A stretch of DNA of 55,115 nucleotides from a virus (IMGVR_UViG_3300021406_000003:1-55115), one strand, 5' to 3'. Numbered from the stretch's first letter, positions 1 to 9,278 are shown. The notes: a model not told the origin generated them from the letters alone. Program-made: numbers and translations.

Positions 1-127
1 TTCATCCGGCCAGCGGGCGTTTTCCCAAAGTCGTATCGGCTTGGGCCAGAAATTAGACTCTTAATAGACTTCTCCCCGAAAGGAGTTTCTTTCCCAGCCC
101 AGTCAGTATCCTGAGTCCAGGGCGTCA
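1..127. repeat. Terminal direct repeat, identical to 54989-55115 (circular assembly overlap)
   Basis: 127 nt exact match at both ends; an ORF continues across the junction. Confidence 0.97.
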
Positions 128-473
128 CCTGCTCCAGAAATGGATTTCCGCCGGTCATCAAATTAGTTCCGCCCGGAAGCTTGCTGTAAATTTCAAAGAG
201 ACGATTAAACTCAGTCTGAGCCTCGTTTTGCTGAGGAGAAATTTGGCCTTGATTGTCTTCCCTGAAAAGGTTATGCGGGTCTGCCCCCTTGTCGATAGCG
301 CGTTTGAGCGCCGCGAGCACATCCATCCGCTGCTGATGGTATTTCATCTCAGGCGTGATCTGCGTTGATGCTTTACCCGCGAGAAGATCGCCCATAGGGT
401 CCGGCTCCGCAGGCGGGGGCGTCCCAAGCTCAGGTGGAGGAAGCATCTGCGAAGGCGGCTGCGACTTGTACAT
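1..473 (-). CDS. Hypothetical protein (158 aa) spanning the circular junction; stop at 54985-54987
   Basis: Hand-translated MYKSQPPSQM...GKTPAGRMK*; AGGAG SD upstream; stop lies just before the portal ATG. Confidence 0.75.
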   Translation of the reverse strand, partial: MYKSQPPSQMLPPPELGTPPPAEPDPMGDLLAGKASTQITPEMKYHQQRMDVLAALKRAIDKGADPHNLFREDNQGQISPQQNEAQTEFNRLFEIYSKLPGGTNLMTGGNPFLEQVTPWTQDTDWAGKETPFGEKSIKSLISGPSRYDFGKTPAGRM

Positions 474-483
474 ACGCGATCTC

Positions 484-843
484 CTACGGTGCCGTGATCG
501 TCTCGATGACGCGGTACACACCAACCGGCGCGTTGGAGTTGGAAGCCGAGGTCGCGTATGCCTGAACGCGCGCGGTCTCCAAGGGGTAGTACGTCGTCGA
601 GGTAGCGAGCTGCACAATATACGTAGGACTCGCACCCCCGGGAATCGTCACGTTCGCTAACGCTGGAAAAGCCGGGGCAGTCACGATCTCCTGAATCTCT
701 GCGATCTGAACCGCGGCGTTCGAGTTCCCCGCAGAGAGCGTCACGGCAGCGGCGAGCGCATTGAACCACCCGGAGTAACTCGTGCCGCTCGTAAGCGCCA
801 CAACCCACTGTACGTCGATTGGCTGCTGGGCGAATGTTGGCAC
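484..843 (-). CDS. Hypothetical, probably virion-associated protein
   Basis: 119 aa, Ala/Thr/Val-rich beta-type composition; between terminase and portal. Confidence 0.65.
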   Translation of the reverse strand: MPTFAQQPIDVQWVVALTSGTSYSGWFNALAAAVTLSAGNSNAAVQIAEIQEIVTAPAFPALANVTIPGGASPTYIVQLATSTTYYPLETARVQAYATSASNSNAPVGVYRVIETITAP

Positions 844-847
844 GGCC

Positions 848-1252
848 TTATCGTCCCCCTATCGGTCTATACGCAGCTTTTTCAGTAGGGGTCAAGCCGT
901 GACGCGCTGCGATCTCACGGCGCTTTCGGTTCGAGCTCACTTCATGGTTGCTCAAGGGGCGGTAAGCCAACTTCGGCTTACCGTCAGGTCTTGTACCGAC
1001 TACGGCATCCACCCCCGGTAGACCGATATTCCAGGATGCGCTCCCATCGGCAACTCTCCTCGGATCCCGGGAGTCCTCACCCGACGAGTCGACGCGCATC
1101 TGCACAGCATTCGAGGGGCCAAAGTGCTGCGCTGCGAAGTCGCCGCACCCCGGACAGCGCAGCATCCCAAGGCCAGCATCTTCAACAGTTGCCAGCGTCT
1201 CAAGAACTCCACATGCCGGGCAGCTCGTATCGTACCTTCGCATTTGCCCCAT
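848..1252 (-). CDS. FmdB-like zinc-ribbon protein
   Basis: MRRYDTSCPACG...CPGCG motif. Confidence 0.7.
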   Translation of the reverse strand: MGQMRRYDTSCPACGVLETLATVEDAGLGMLRCPGCGDFAAQHFGPSNAVQMRVDSSGEDSRDPRRVADGSASWNIGLPGVDAVVGTRPDGKPKLAYRPLSNHEVSSNRKRREIAARHGLTPTEKAAYRPIGGR

Positions 1253-1317
1253 GCTAGCCTGGAACAGGCCGTAGGATATGTGTAAAAATACCTTTAAGGA
1301 GTTACTGTGGAAAATGG

Positions 1318-3147
1318 TTACCACCATTTGCTATCTTCTTCCAAGCTTTCTTCATCCACGTCGCGCTTCTGAAAGCCCGGAAGCCCAGCGCCAACCAACT
1401 CGAAGGGGTCCCACGGGATATCGTCTTCGTCATAATCCAGGGCGGAGAAGTCGTTGGTATCTCCGGGCTCATCGGCTTCAGGGCCAAAGACCTGAGCGCG
1501 AATCCGAAGGAGCACGCAGAGAATCTGAAGCGCGGAAACGAGGTCATCATGGCGTCCGCCTGCCCCTCCGTAGGAACTCGCGTCTCCGTAGCTATCAAGC
1601 TGTTTATAGGTAGACATCTGCGTTACGACTTCCTCATCGGGAATGTCGATGAGGTCATTCTCCACCATGCGGCAGGTGTAGCTCACCATGATCGGCTTGG
1701 TCTTGGCGTTGCTCTCCCAGCCGATCGTGCGCGTCGCGGGAGCTCCGATCTTCACGAAGTCCTGATACCGATACAGCATCGGGTACAGACCCTTCTTGTC
1801 GATGTACGAGCACATCGCAGCACCGGGTCCGGTCCATTCCGGCACGAGCTCGGGCATCGAGACCTTCTCTCCCACGACACCCCGAATCGCCCAGCACAGA
1901 GCCGCCGCAAGTTCCCCGAAGAGAATCGGATTGATGTGCCCTCGCCAGCTCATAATCACTTCGTCCTGGTGAAATTCATTGAGCACGCCAACGAGGAGCG
2001 TTGAAAAGTCGGGGTCCTTGCTATTAGGGTTCCCCTGTCCCACGTCGCAGCAAACGAAGACCCGCTCGTTCTTTTTCGGATACCGAAAAATCTTGAGGTT
2101 CTCGTAGCACCTATCGTTGTCGTGGGGATCGAACCCAGCATCCTGCGCCTCGAGTGCAGTAAGGAGCTGCGGGCGACGTACGAGATCGTGTATGGTTTCC
2201 GTCTCGGCGTCTTTGGGCGAGTCGCCCCAATAGACATCGCCTTCCCAGATCGGAGGGCGGCTCTTATTGATGAGCCTCTTGATCGCCTTGCGCGTAAATA
2301 CACTCACGCCGCTCGTGAGAAATGCTGTGGCCAGGTCTTCAGGGAACTCCTGGCAGAAGTAATCCTCGTCGCCGTTGAAGGTCGGGCCGGCCAGCATCAT
2401 CCGCCGCCAGCGAAGCTGCTCCATGCTGATGTACGGGAAGCGCCGGAGCAGATCGGTCTCTGTAACGGCGAGCGTCTTTGAAAACGCGATACGAGACTCT
2501 TCATCGTCAAAGGGAAGCGCAAAGCTGTACGCCATCTCGTGCCACGGGATGAAGAGCAGGCTCATCTCGCCGTACTGCGTCTTCTTCCGTGAATGCGCAT
2601 CCATGCAATTCTCATAGAACCAAGCACCCTTGCCTTCTTGGCCATTGGGCGTCGACTCTATGTAGAGCGAGGAGTGCGGCTTCTTAGAGATGGTAGGGTA
2701 TAGCGCGCGAAAGAGATTCTCCGCATCGACGTAATACGCGGCTTCGGTCGCGTGACAATTCTGGAATCCGAAGCCAAGGTACGCATCGAGAGAGCGAGCC
2801 GTGGCAACGAGGAGCTTGGAGTTCAGCGGAGGAGCGAACTCGATCCGATCTTTAGGCGGAGAGTTCTTAAACTGCGGTGGAAGCGGCGGACGCACCGGAA
2901 GCAACCCACCCGGTATGAGACTTTCCGGGACGTGCATGTGCTCAGGCATGTGCTCCCAGAAGCGCCGACACATTGCCAGGATGTTCTCGGACGGATTGCG
3001 CTCGTTTGCGAGGATGAGCGAATACGTATTGGGGTGCGTGATCGTGTCGTCGAAGATGATCGACTCGACGCCCGTGGAAAGGCCGGCACGTCGAGCCTTA
3101 CAGATGACGATGCGCACGGGCATACGCCGCTCTTGATACCACTGCAC
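1318..3147 (-). CDS. terL: Terminase large subunit (frame open upstream to 3309; true start uncertain)
   Basis: Walker A-like KARRAGLST, Walker B-like CHATEAAYY, motif III ESTPNG, nuclease DVGQG and HDDLV. Confidence 0.93.
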   Translation of the reverse strand: MQWYQERRMPVRIVICKARRAGLSTGVESIIFDDTITHPNTYSLILANERNPSENILAMCRRFWEHMPEHMHVPESLIPGGLLPVRPPLPPQFKNSPPKDRIEFAPPLNSKLLVATARSLDAYLGFGFQNCHATEAAYYVDAENLFRALYPTISKKPHSSLYIESTPNGQEGKGAWFYENCMDAHSRKKTQYGEMSLLFIPWHEMAYSFALPFDDEESRIAFSKTLAVTETDLLRRFPYISMEQLRWRRMMLAGPTFNGDEDYFCQEFPEDLATAFLTSGVSVFTRKAIKRLINKSRPPIWEGDVYWGDSPKDAETETIHDLVRRPQLLTALEAQDAGFDPHDNDRCYENLKIFRYPKKNERVFVCCDVGQGNPNSKDPDFSTLLVGVLNEFHQDEVIMSWRGHINPILFGELAAALCWAIRGVVGEKVSMPELVPEWTGPGAAMCSYIDKKGLYPMLYRYQDFVKIGAPATRTIGWESNAKTKPIMVSYTCRMVENDLIDIPDEEVVTQMSTYKQLDSYGDASSYGGAGGRHDDLVSALQILCVLLRIRAQVFGPEADEPGDTNDFSALDYDEDDIPWDPFELVGAGLPGFQKRDVDEESLEEDSKWW

Positions 3148-3309
3148 CTTGCTGTACAGTTTGATCTGCGCCTCGTTGTACCGAAGCGGGATGATCTCTC
3201 GCGTATCGGCTTCGAGGATTTTATAGAGCGCCTCGATACGAAAGCGGGCATCAGAACGAAACCGTGCAAGCCGCCGCGCTATCTCCGCATCGACGGCTAC
3301 GTTCGAGGC

Positions 3310-3498
3310 TTAGTCATCTTGGGGGTCTTTCACGAGATTCGAAGATGCTTGGGCCACCTCGGCAAGAGCCTGCAGGCGTTCTGAACTCCCCTCTCCGGTA
3401 TCGAGAATCTTCTCAATCTGCGTAAGGGCTTTGAAGTACACGGAGCGGCTAATAACATCGAGGCGCGCGTCGCCGTAGGTTTGGGCCTTTGTATTCAA
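3310..3498 (-). CDS. Hypothetical protein
   Basis: 62 aa, TTGA coupling to upstream gene. Confidence 0.55.
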   Translation of the reverse strand: MNTKAQTYGDARLDVISRSVYFKALTQIEKILDTGEGSSERLQALAEVAQASSNLVKDPQDD

Positions 3499-3878
3499 GC
3501 GTGGCTTCCTTCTGTGACGGGGGGGACGAACTCTTGCGGGTTGACGATGCCCAAAGAAATTGCGATCGCAACGAGATTGGTTCGATTAAGCGCGTAGAAA
3601 TACCGCATCATCTGCGCGATCTCATTCTCGGTATAGCGCTGTGAAAGCCCGATGATCGGGCCTATGTGCCGGGCACTAAACCCGTGCGCAAGCAACACGA
3701 GAATCGTGCGCCATCGCTTTCCCAGGGGCGAAGATCGGTCGACGACGTTAACGTGATAGCAATCACATCGTTCGCACAATGCGCAGGAGAGACGAAGCCG
3801 AAACCGACTCTCCATTCTCCGGCGTGCAAGCATCGCAAGCTGTTGGGTTTTCCATGCTGCTCTCACGCAAACGCTCAT
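3495..3878 (-). CDS. LuxR-type HTH DNA-binding protein
   Basis: ILVLLAHGFSARHIGPIIGLSQRYTENEIAQMM...NRTNLVAIAISLGIV matches the LuxR C-terminal pattern. Confidence 0.75.
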   Translation of the reverse strand: MSVCVRAAWKTQQLAMLARRRMESRFRLRLSCALCERCDCYHVNVVDRSSPLGKRWRTILVLLAHGFSARHIGPIIGLSQRYTENEIAQMMRYFYALNRTNLVAIAISLGIVNPQEFVPPVTEGSHA

Positions 3879-3943
3879 TGCAGCCCCCTTCTCCAGACGA
3901 AAAGCCGCCGTGCTGCTACCGCACGAGCGGCCCTCTTCGAGGC

Positions 3944-4774
3944 CTACTCATTATCTTCTTCATCACCCGAACTCACCATCTCGGCAACTTGTAAGTCTCC
4001 CAAGCTTACACGCACCGGCTCTCCCGGATCATGAGCCAGAAGCGTAAGAATGTCATTCTTGTTTTGAGGCGCTTCAAGGGGAAGAACCTGCTTCTCTTGG
4101 CTTTGCGTTTCAACCGCTTCCTTTGCATGAACCAGCGAGTGAAGATTGATATGAACATTGGTGCTATTGCCGGTATCCCCCTTAACCCAACCTTCGATCT
4201 TCGCAAGCTGCACCGCTGCCCGAATCGCGGCGTCGTCGGCTCCAAAGCGAGCAATCTTCGTGATACGCGCGATAATCTCAGCCCGCTGCTCGCGAGCCGG
4301 GCGCATCGACTCCTCGACGATCTGAGCCACGCCCTGGGTCCCGATGACGCGGCGCTGAAGCTCTTCGCTAAAGCAGATATCTTCTGGGAACCCGAGCAGC
4401 ATAAGCGCCCGCCGTGGGTCGCCCCACTCGCGCATATAGGCGATCGACGCCATCTCGTCACGCGAACGCTGGGAGCCAAAGCGCTCCCAACTCTCGATAT
4501 CCGTAGGCGCTTTCTTGAGCGCGAGCTGCTCCCGCAGACGGTCGATCTCCTCACGAAGCTCTTTGGTCACGACAGCTTTCCGGCGAGGAGACTTCGCACT
4601 TCCGGCCTTTCGTGCGTGTTCTTTTCGCTCTGCGATAATTTCCGCCCGAGCCTTCTGCGCTTTTACGGGGTCAACGTACGTTGTTATTGCGGTAGAAGCC
4701 ACCGCCCGGGATGGGGGCTTGGTCGGGGATCCCTTCGTTGCCGTGCGTCGTATATTCGCGGTCTTCTTCTGCAT
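3944..4774 (-). CDS. Putative terminase small subunit
   Basis: Upstream of terL; AEIIARITKIARFG...AIRAAVQLAKIEGW resembles the TerS oligomerisation segment. Confidence 0.55.
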   Translation of the reverse strand: MQKKTANIRRTATKGSPTKPPSRAVASTAITTYVDPVKAQKARAEIIAERKEHARKAGSAKSPRRKAVVTKELREEIDRLREQLALKKAPTDIESWERFGSQRSRDEMASIAYMREWGDPRRALMLLGFPEDICFSEELQRRVIGTQGVAQIVEESMRPAREQRAEIIARITKIARFGADDAAIRAAVQLAKIEGWVKGDTGNSTNVHINLHSLVHAKEAVETQSQEKQVLPLEAPQNKNDILTLLAHDPGEPVRVSLGDLQVAEMVSSGDEEDNE

Positions 4775-5078
4775 TCGCTAACCTCTGCGCAAGTAAAGCA
4801 GCGCGCAAATCTTCTTCTGATGGAGCATCATACGGCGGCCTGTGGCGGCTTCCACCATCGCTATGAACCTCGCGAATTTTCTCGACCGCATCACTTGCTT
4901 GATGGAGGATGGATTCTTCGGCATCTGCTTGTGCTCCGTGCGCGCGAGCTTTATGGAGAGCGGCGATGGCTTCGGCCCACCCACGAGCTCCCATTACGGT
5001 CACAAAGAGCACGAAAGCCAGCATCAAAATGCCGCAGAAGAGCAGTAGGATACAAAACACGTCAAACGCATCACTCAT
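4671..5078 (-). CDS. Hypothetical membrane-anchored protein
   Basis: N-terminal hydrophobic helix; ATGA-type overlap with neighbour. Confidence 0.65.
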   Translation of the reverse strand: MSDAFDVFCILLLFCGILMLAFVLFVTVMGARGWAEAIAALHKARAHGAQADAEESILHQASDAVEKIREVHSDGGSRHRPPYDAPSEEDLRAALLAQRLANAEEDREYTTHGNEGIPDQAPIPGGGFYRNNNVR

Positions 5079-5356
5079 AGGGCGTTAAGTTGTTCTAGCG
5101 CATCGCAAAGGCTTATCGGCTCCGGCATCATTTTCTGCGGGGCCTTACGTATGGGATATTGCTTCGGAAGAAATCGGCGTATTATTTTTCCGTTTTCCCC
5201 TCTCACCACTTCCAACTGAACGCGCTCACGGTTTCCGTTGCGATGCGACGTATAGCCGCCCATCGCGTGCATACGTTTGCGCTTATGCGAGGACATCTCA
5301 AGGGCCATCGTCTCACGCCCGCGACGACGGTGCTCCTCGTTCACTCTATGCGTCAT
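5075..5356 (-). CDS. Hypothetical protein
   Basis: 93 aa in coupled operon. Confidence 0.6.
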   Translation of the reverse strand: MTHRVNEEHRRRGRETMALEMSSHKRKRMHAMGGYTSHRNGNRERVQLEVVRGENGKIIRRFLPKQYPIRKAPQKMMPEPISLCDALEQLNAL

Positions 5357-5558
5357 CGTTCACCTCTGTCATAAAGTGGTGCGCCGATAGAAAACTTCTC
5401 ACATCCGTATTCCATTCGCCGGTTCTTGGACACAGATATTTTACTTGGTCTCCCCAGCGTTCTAGAATCGTGAACGTCCCTCCGAGTGCCTCAAACCTCT
5501 TCCCGACTTGAATGCTCTCGGGGTCGATGTGCTCATTGCCATAGGTAGGCTCGTTCAT
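5346..5558 (-). CDS. Hypothetical protein
   Basis: 70 aa, AAGGA SD. Confidence 0.6.
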   Translation of the reverse strand: MNEPTYGNEHIDPESIQVGKRFEALGGTFTILERWGDQVKYLCPRTGEWNTDVRSFLSAHHFMTEVNDDA

Positions 5559-5577
5559 TTCCGGCTTCCTTCATACA

Positions 5578-5653
5578 TGGGGTAGCCTGCGGGAGTTGAA
5601 CCCTGCATTCTCGCTTTCACAGAGCGGCGTCCTACCGTTGGACGAAAGCCACC
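5578..5653 (-). tRNA. tRNA-His (GUG)
   Basis: G-1:C73 pair, acceptor GTGGCTT/AGGCTAC, D arm GTCC/GGAC, anticodon loop CT-GTG-AA, T loop TTCAACT, encoded CCA. Confidence 0.85.
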
Positions 5654-5870
5654 ATAACACATCATCGGCAACTGAGCGATCTCCGCCCACATCCGGCATT
5701 CGGCAAGCTCGCAGTGATGAACGGGACAGCTCATCGAGCATCAATCCATCTGAGCATCGTGTCGCGCCTCATGCTCAACCACCAAGCCGCGACATCTTCA
5801 CCATCAACTACAACGATCGCGTCTTTCGTCATCTCGCTTGCGTTCATCGTCATTACTCGCCCGTCGCATG

Positions 5871-6101
5871 TCATATCGCGTGCTTATCCCCCAGCTTCCG
5901 CTGATAATATTCCCGAAGCGCCTCCCGCGTGGAAAGCGGCAGCGATGCCTCTCCTCGCTCGTAATCCTCAAGCCAATCCCGCGTCAGGCTCCAGCCGACC
6001 TCTCTCACCACGTCTTCCAAAGAAAGATTGAGCCCAATACGCAGCTCACGCCACCAAGAACGCTGATGATGAACCGCTTGGGGTGCCTCTGCTTGTCTCA
6101 T
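5871..6101 (-). CDS. XRE-like HTH protein
   Basis: RELRIGLNLSLEDVVREVGWS...LEDYERG. Confidence 0.7.
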   Translation of the reverse strand: MRQAEAPQAVHHQRSWWRELRIGLNLSLEDVVREVGWSLTRDWLEDYERGEASLPLSTREALREYYQRKLGDKHAI

Positions 6102-6415
6102 GGATGCTTTTCTTTGAGCGCTTTCTTCCCGGCTTCCAACATCGCTTTAATTTTCGCTCCGCCCTTTTCCCCGATCTTCTGATAGAAATCGGGCGGCTGA
6201 TTCTCTTTTACCTTGTTCCCGCCAATCTTGCCGATGAGGCGGTAGAAGTCGGGTCCCTTCGTGTTCCGAGTGGCAACCCCACCCATAGAACCGATCTTTT
6301 GGTAGAACTCTTTGCCGCGTTGCTTGGTCTTCTCGCCTCCACGGCGACCCGCCTCGCGCGTGGTCATCTCGCCGTACGAGGTCTCATCCTCATCTAAGTC
6401 TGAACTCTCTCCCAT
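6098..6415 (-). CDS. KGG-repeat general stress protein (GsiB/YciG-like)
   Basis: MTTREAGRRGG plus three FY..IG..GG repeats. Confidence 0.85.
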   Translation of the reverse strand: MGESSDLDEDETSYGEMTTREAGRRGGEKTKQRGKEFYQKIGSMGGVATRNTKGPDFYRLIGKIGGNKVKENQPPDFYQKIGEKGGAKIKAMLEAGKKALKEKHP

Positions 6416-6421
6416 TGCTTG

Positions 6422-6451
6422 AGTCTAGACCAAGCGAGGGTATCTGTACAA
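6422..6451 (-). promoter_or_regulatory. Sigma70-like promoter giving a leaderless KGG mRNA
   Basis: TTGTAC-18-TAGACT, ATG 6 nt downstream. Confidence 0.55.
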
Positions 6452-6543
6452 TCCCCGCGCAAAAAGAAAAACCCACATTTTGAGTGCGGGCTTTTCCCTG
6501 TGAGAAAAAAGAACCGATGGTATGCTACGCCGACGATCTTTTT

Positions 6544-6921
6544 CTATGAGGCCGGCACTGTCCCTCTATCACCTCTGACAAGCGGCGTGAGCGCATGAAC
6601 GATGCTGGTGAAGATGCTGTCCTTGAGCCTCTGCTCTAGGGGAAGCTGGTCATAAGGAACATAGCATGGATGCTCTTTCTTGTCCGGGTCCTTGATCGGC
6701 CCGTACTTCCAACCATCCTGTGCTTTGCCTTTGAGCCAGTTCTCGTGCGACCCCGAAGGTCCAGCGTTAGGATTCTCGAGATGGAAGAGCACACCGTCGA
6801 TCGCACTCCGGACCTGCCAGGTGGGCGCGTCTTCCCACGCAGGCTGTGAGGCGTCCCCTAGCTCCTGGCAATATGCTCGGTTTGCTTCATGAACAATCCG
6901 AGCGATTCCCGGAATGGTCAT
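6544..6921 (-). CDS. RyR-domain protein
   Basis: HENW...DGWKYGPIKDPDKKEHPCYVPYDQLP.EQRLKD is the RyR repeat signature. Confidence 0.88.
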   Translation of the reverse strand: MTIPGIARIVHEANRAYCQELGDASQPAWEDAPTWQVRSAIDGVLFHLENPNAGPSGSHENWLKGKAQDGWKYGPIKDPDKKEHPCYVPYDQLPLEQRLKDSIFTSIVHALTPLVRGDRGTVPAS

Positions 6922-7319
6922 ACCGTGACCCCAATCCTTTCCGTGTGCGCGAGCTCAGGGGCAAGAGGCTCAAGCCGCGGTGCCTCAAACGTAATCGCTG
7001 AGTTCGCGATCATGACGATCTCGTTGAGGTCGGCAGCAAAGCTCTGTACCATGTCCTCAGCGGGGACGAGCGCATCAAGTCGCGTGAGTGCTCTATCACG
7101 CCGGCTCTTTGCATAGTCCGCCAAAGATTCACTTGCGGGAGGCTGCTCGGGAGCTGATTGAACAATCGCATCACGCATCTCCAAAGACGCTTCACGCAGA
7201 GCGAAAAGAGCAAGCGCGGACTTCTTAGCAGCCGCACGAATCGCGTTGCCCTTTAGCACTTGCTCGGGAGACCACGGATGATATTGGAAAATCTCGCTGA
7301 GGTTCTCCGGCGTTATCAA
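6918..7319 (-). CDS. Acb2/Tad1-like hairpin protein (putative immune-signal sponge)
   Basis: FQYHPWSPEQ...AIRAAAK and RALTRL...EIVMIANSAIT motifs; TTG start with GGGGAG SD. Confidence 0.6.
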   Translation of the reverse strand: MITPENLSEIFQYHPWSPEQVLKGNAIRAAAKKSALALFALREASLEMRDAIVQSAPEQPPASESLADYAKSRRDRALTRLDALVPAEDMVQSFAADLNEIVMIANSAITFEAPRLEPLAPELAHTERIGVTV

Positions 7320-7323
7320 GCGG

Positions 7324-7449
7324 TTAGCTCCCCGTAGGATTAGGCGCTGAAGGAGCGGCGGCATCTTCTTTGGGTGCGTCGGCTGGCGGGACGGCGGGAA
7401 TCGCCGCGGTCTCTTCGCCTGGGTCAGGAGTCTTTTCAGTATCGCTCAT
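7324..7449 (-). CDS. Small acidic Pro/Ala-rich protein
   Basis: 41 aa; TATCCT -10 box 7 nt before ATG. Confidence 0.45.
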   Translation of the reverse strand: MSDTEKTPDPGEETAAIPAVPPADAPKEDAAAPSAPNPTGS

Positions 7450-7557
7450 GGCAGGCAGGATACCGCAGGCCATGAAAAAAGCCCTCGTCGTGTGATTCGG
7501 ATACGAAGGCTTCGTGTCCACAACGCTCAACTTACTCATCGCAAAATAAGGAGCACC

Positions 7558-7785
7558 GTGCCTGTACCATATCCGCCCGATCCCAAGGAAGTCCTCCTGT
7601 CTGACATGGATCGCCAGGTCATCTTCCTCATCGCCGAGGGCCAGCGCGCCAAGGTCATCGCCGGCCTCCTCAAGCTCTCGCGCAAACAGCTCACGACCAT
7701 CTACGAAGACCTCCGCAAGAAGATCGGAACGCCCTCGTGGACCGGCGTTGCGGTGTGGGCCATCCGAAACGGAGTCATCAAATGA
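7558..7785 (+). CDS. LuxR-type HTH regulator
   Basis: LSDMDRQVIFLIAEGQRAKVIAGLLKLS...LRKKIG; AGGAG SD with GTG start. Confidence 0.85.
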   Translation: MPVPYPPDPKEVLLSDMDRQVIFLIAEGQRAKVIAGLLKLSRKQLTTIYEDLRKKIGTPSWTGVAVWAIRNGVIK

Positions 7786-8045
7786 GCGTTAACGTCCATA
7801 ACCTACCGATCAACGAAGAACTCACGATGGACGGCCCCGTGAACGTCTATATGCCCGAGGATATCACGATGGGAGTTTTCGGACTCGGGGATGACTTGAA
7901 AGCCCCACTAGTGGTCATTATCGTCGACCACTATCCTCCATGCTGCGTCGCGAAGACCGCAGAGCAATGCCGCCATTGGGCCGCAGACTTCACGCGAGCA
8001 GCAGAAGAACTCGAGAAGCGCGCGAAAGTTGAGGAGCCGAAATGA
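7782..8045 (+). CDS. Hypothetical protein
   Basis: ATGA coupling. Confidence 0.6.
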   Translation: MSVNVHNLPINEELTMDGPVNVYMPEDITMGVFGLGDDLKAPLVVIIVDHYPPCCVAKTAEQCRHWAADFTRAAEELEKRAKVEEPK

Positions 8046-8242
8046 CTATTCTTCAGATCGCTGCCGCCCTGGAGATCGGAGGCTTCGGCTTCGATGAATC
8101 CATCGCTATAGCAAAGGGAAGCGGCGCGAAAGTCCCCTCTCTCCGAGAGCAACTCCACATCGCTCGCACAGCGCAAGAACTCCAACGCAGGCGTGCCGAA
8201 GCTCTCGAAGAGATCATCGGGCAGATCGAACGTGAACCGTGA
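8042..8242 (+). CDS. Hypothetical protein
   Basis: ATGA coupling, GGAG SD. Confidence 0.6.
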   Translation: MTILQIAAALEIGGFGFDESIAIAKGSGAKVPSLREQLHIARTAQELQRRRAEALEEIIGQIEREP

Positions 8243-8571
8243 TCCCGGACTCTAAACTCGACGAGCTCCTCGCGCTCGCAACGAACGCTTTGCAATCGCG
8301 TGATATTTGGTATTTATGGAATGAGAATCCGTCCCCCGATGGAGGCAGAGCATCTCGGCTGATTTACGCTGCGGATCCCGAGACTGTCATGCGACTCGTC
8401 GAGGAAATACGCATGCTCCGCCTAGAGCGGGATGAAGCAAGGACCGAGATCAAGCGTCTCATGCACCTAGCGATGGAGATGAATAAGGAACTTAGCGCCT
8501 ACCACCAAGCAGAAAGACCCCCAGAAAAAATTTCTCAGGGAGCAGAAGGAGACCCCAAGCCGACGCCGTAG
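8239..8571 (+). CDS. Ead/Ea22-like protein
   Basis: LIYAADPETVMRLVEEIRML followed by coiled coil. Confidence 0.6.
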   Translation: MIPDSKLDELLALATNALQSRDIWYLWNENPSPDGGRASRLIYAADPETVMRLVEEIRMLRLERDEARTEIKRLMHLAMEMNKELSAYHQAERPPEKISQGAEGDPKPTP

Positions 8572-8787
8572 ATACACCATCGCGAGACGACCGCTCGACG
8601 GAGCGCCGATCTCGGAAAGGCTTGTGGGCGCATCGGCGTCCTTACCACAAGCGGGATGTCGGTAGCCCAGAGTCCAGTCGCTCGCGCGATTTCACTCCCT
8701 CGGGATACCTAGAGGGAGTTTTTCTTGCCAAGTCCATCACGAAAACAAGCACACGGGTACGGCTACGGCAGCGGACGAGGCTCCGCC

Positions 8788-8991
8788 ATGACCAAGCAGT
8801 TCAACGAGAACATGGCCAAGCCGCCAAGCGAAAGACCCTACCCCTTCCGCTCATCCGACTCCCCCACCCCATCCGGGAGACAGTGCTACGGCCTCTCAAG
8901 CCTCTCCGATTGGCAAGTCCTCACCCTCATCGCCGTCGCCATGTACCTCATCCACGCCATAGCCATGAAGCTCGGATGCAACTGCCCATGA
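8788..8991 (+). CDS. Small membrane protein
   Basis: C-terminal TM helix. Confidence 0.5.
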   Translation: MTKQFNENMAKPPSERPYPFRSSDSPTPSGRQCYGLSSLSDWQVLTLIAVAMYLIHAIAMKLGCNCP

Positions 8992-9278
8992 AGATACGCC
9001 TCGATTCCGGCACCGTGCTCGACGTCGACCATGAGCTTCGTCTCGCAAGCGCAGCAGATCAATGGAAGCTCGTAGCAGTTCTTCAGGCCCTCCACGCAGC
9101 CCTTAGCGTGCGCACTAAACACGGTCCCCCATACCCCGGCGTAGTCGATGCGATAAACGAAGTGCTCGATAACCACGGCGACTCCGAGGACATCGGAGAT
9201 GCGTGCTATTTGCATGGGCGTTCGTCCATGCGGCAAGCCGTCCGCCAAGCCGCAGGCGTCGTCGAGGAAGGCTCATGA
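8988..9278 (+). CDS. Hypothetical protein
   Basis: ATGA-coupled on both sides. Confidence 0.6.
   Translation: MKIRLDSGTVLDVDHELRLASAADQWKLVAVLQALHAALSVRTKHGPPYPGVVDAINEVLDNHGDSEDIGDACYLHGRSSMRQAVRQAAGVVEEGS

Noticed and set aside
1-127. Terminal repeat as a biological direct terminal repeat
   Set aside because: 127 nt is a common assembler k-mer overlap and it falls inside an ORF; it shows circular assembly only
4031-5080. Long antisense or alternate-frame ORFs (also 19251-20159, 48005-48910, 48982-49845)
   Set aside because: Shadow ORFs of well-supported genes in GC-rich DNA
5578-5653. attP site in the tRNA
   Set aside because: No integrase identified and the tRNA is full length
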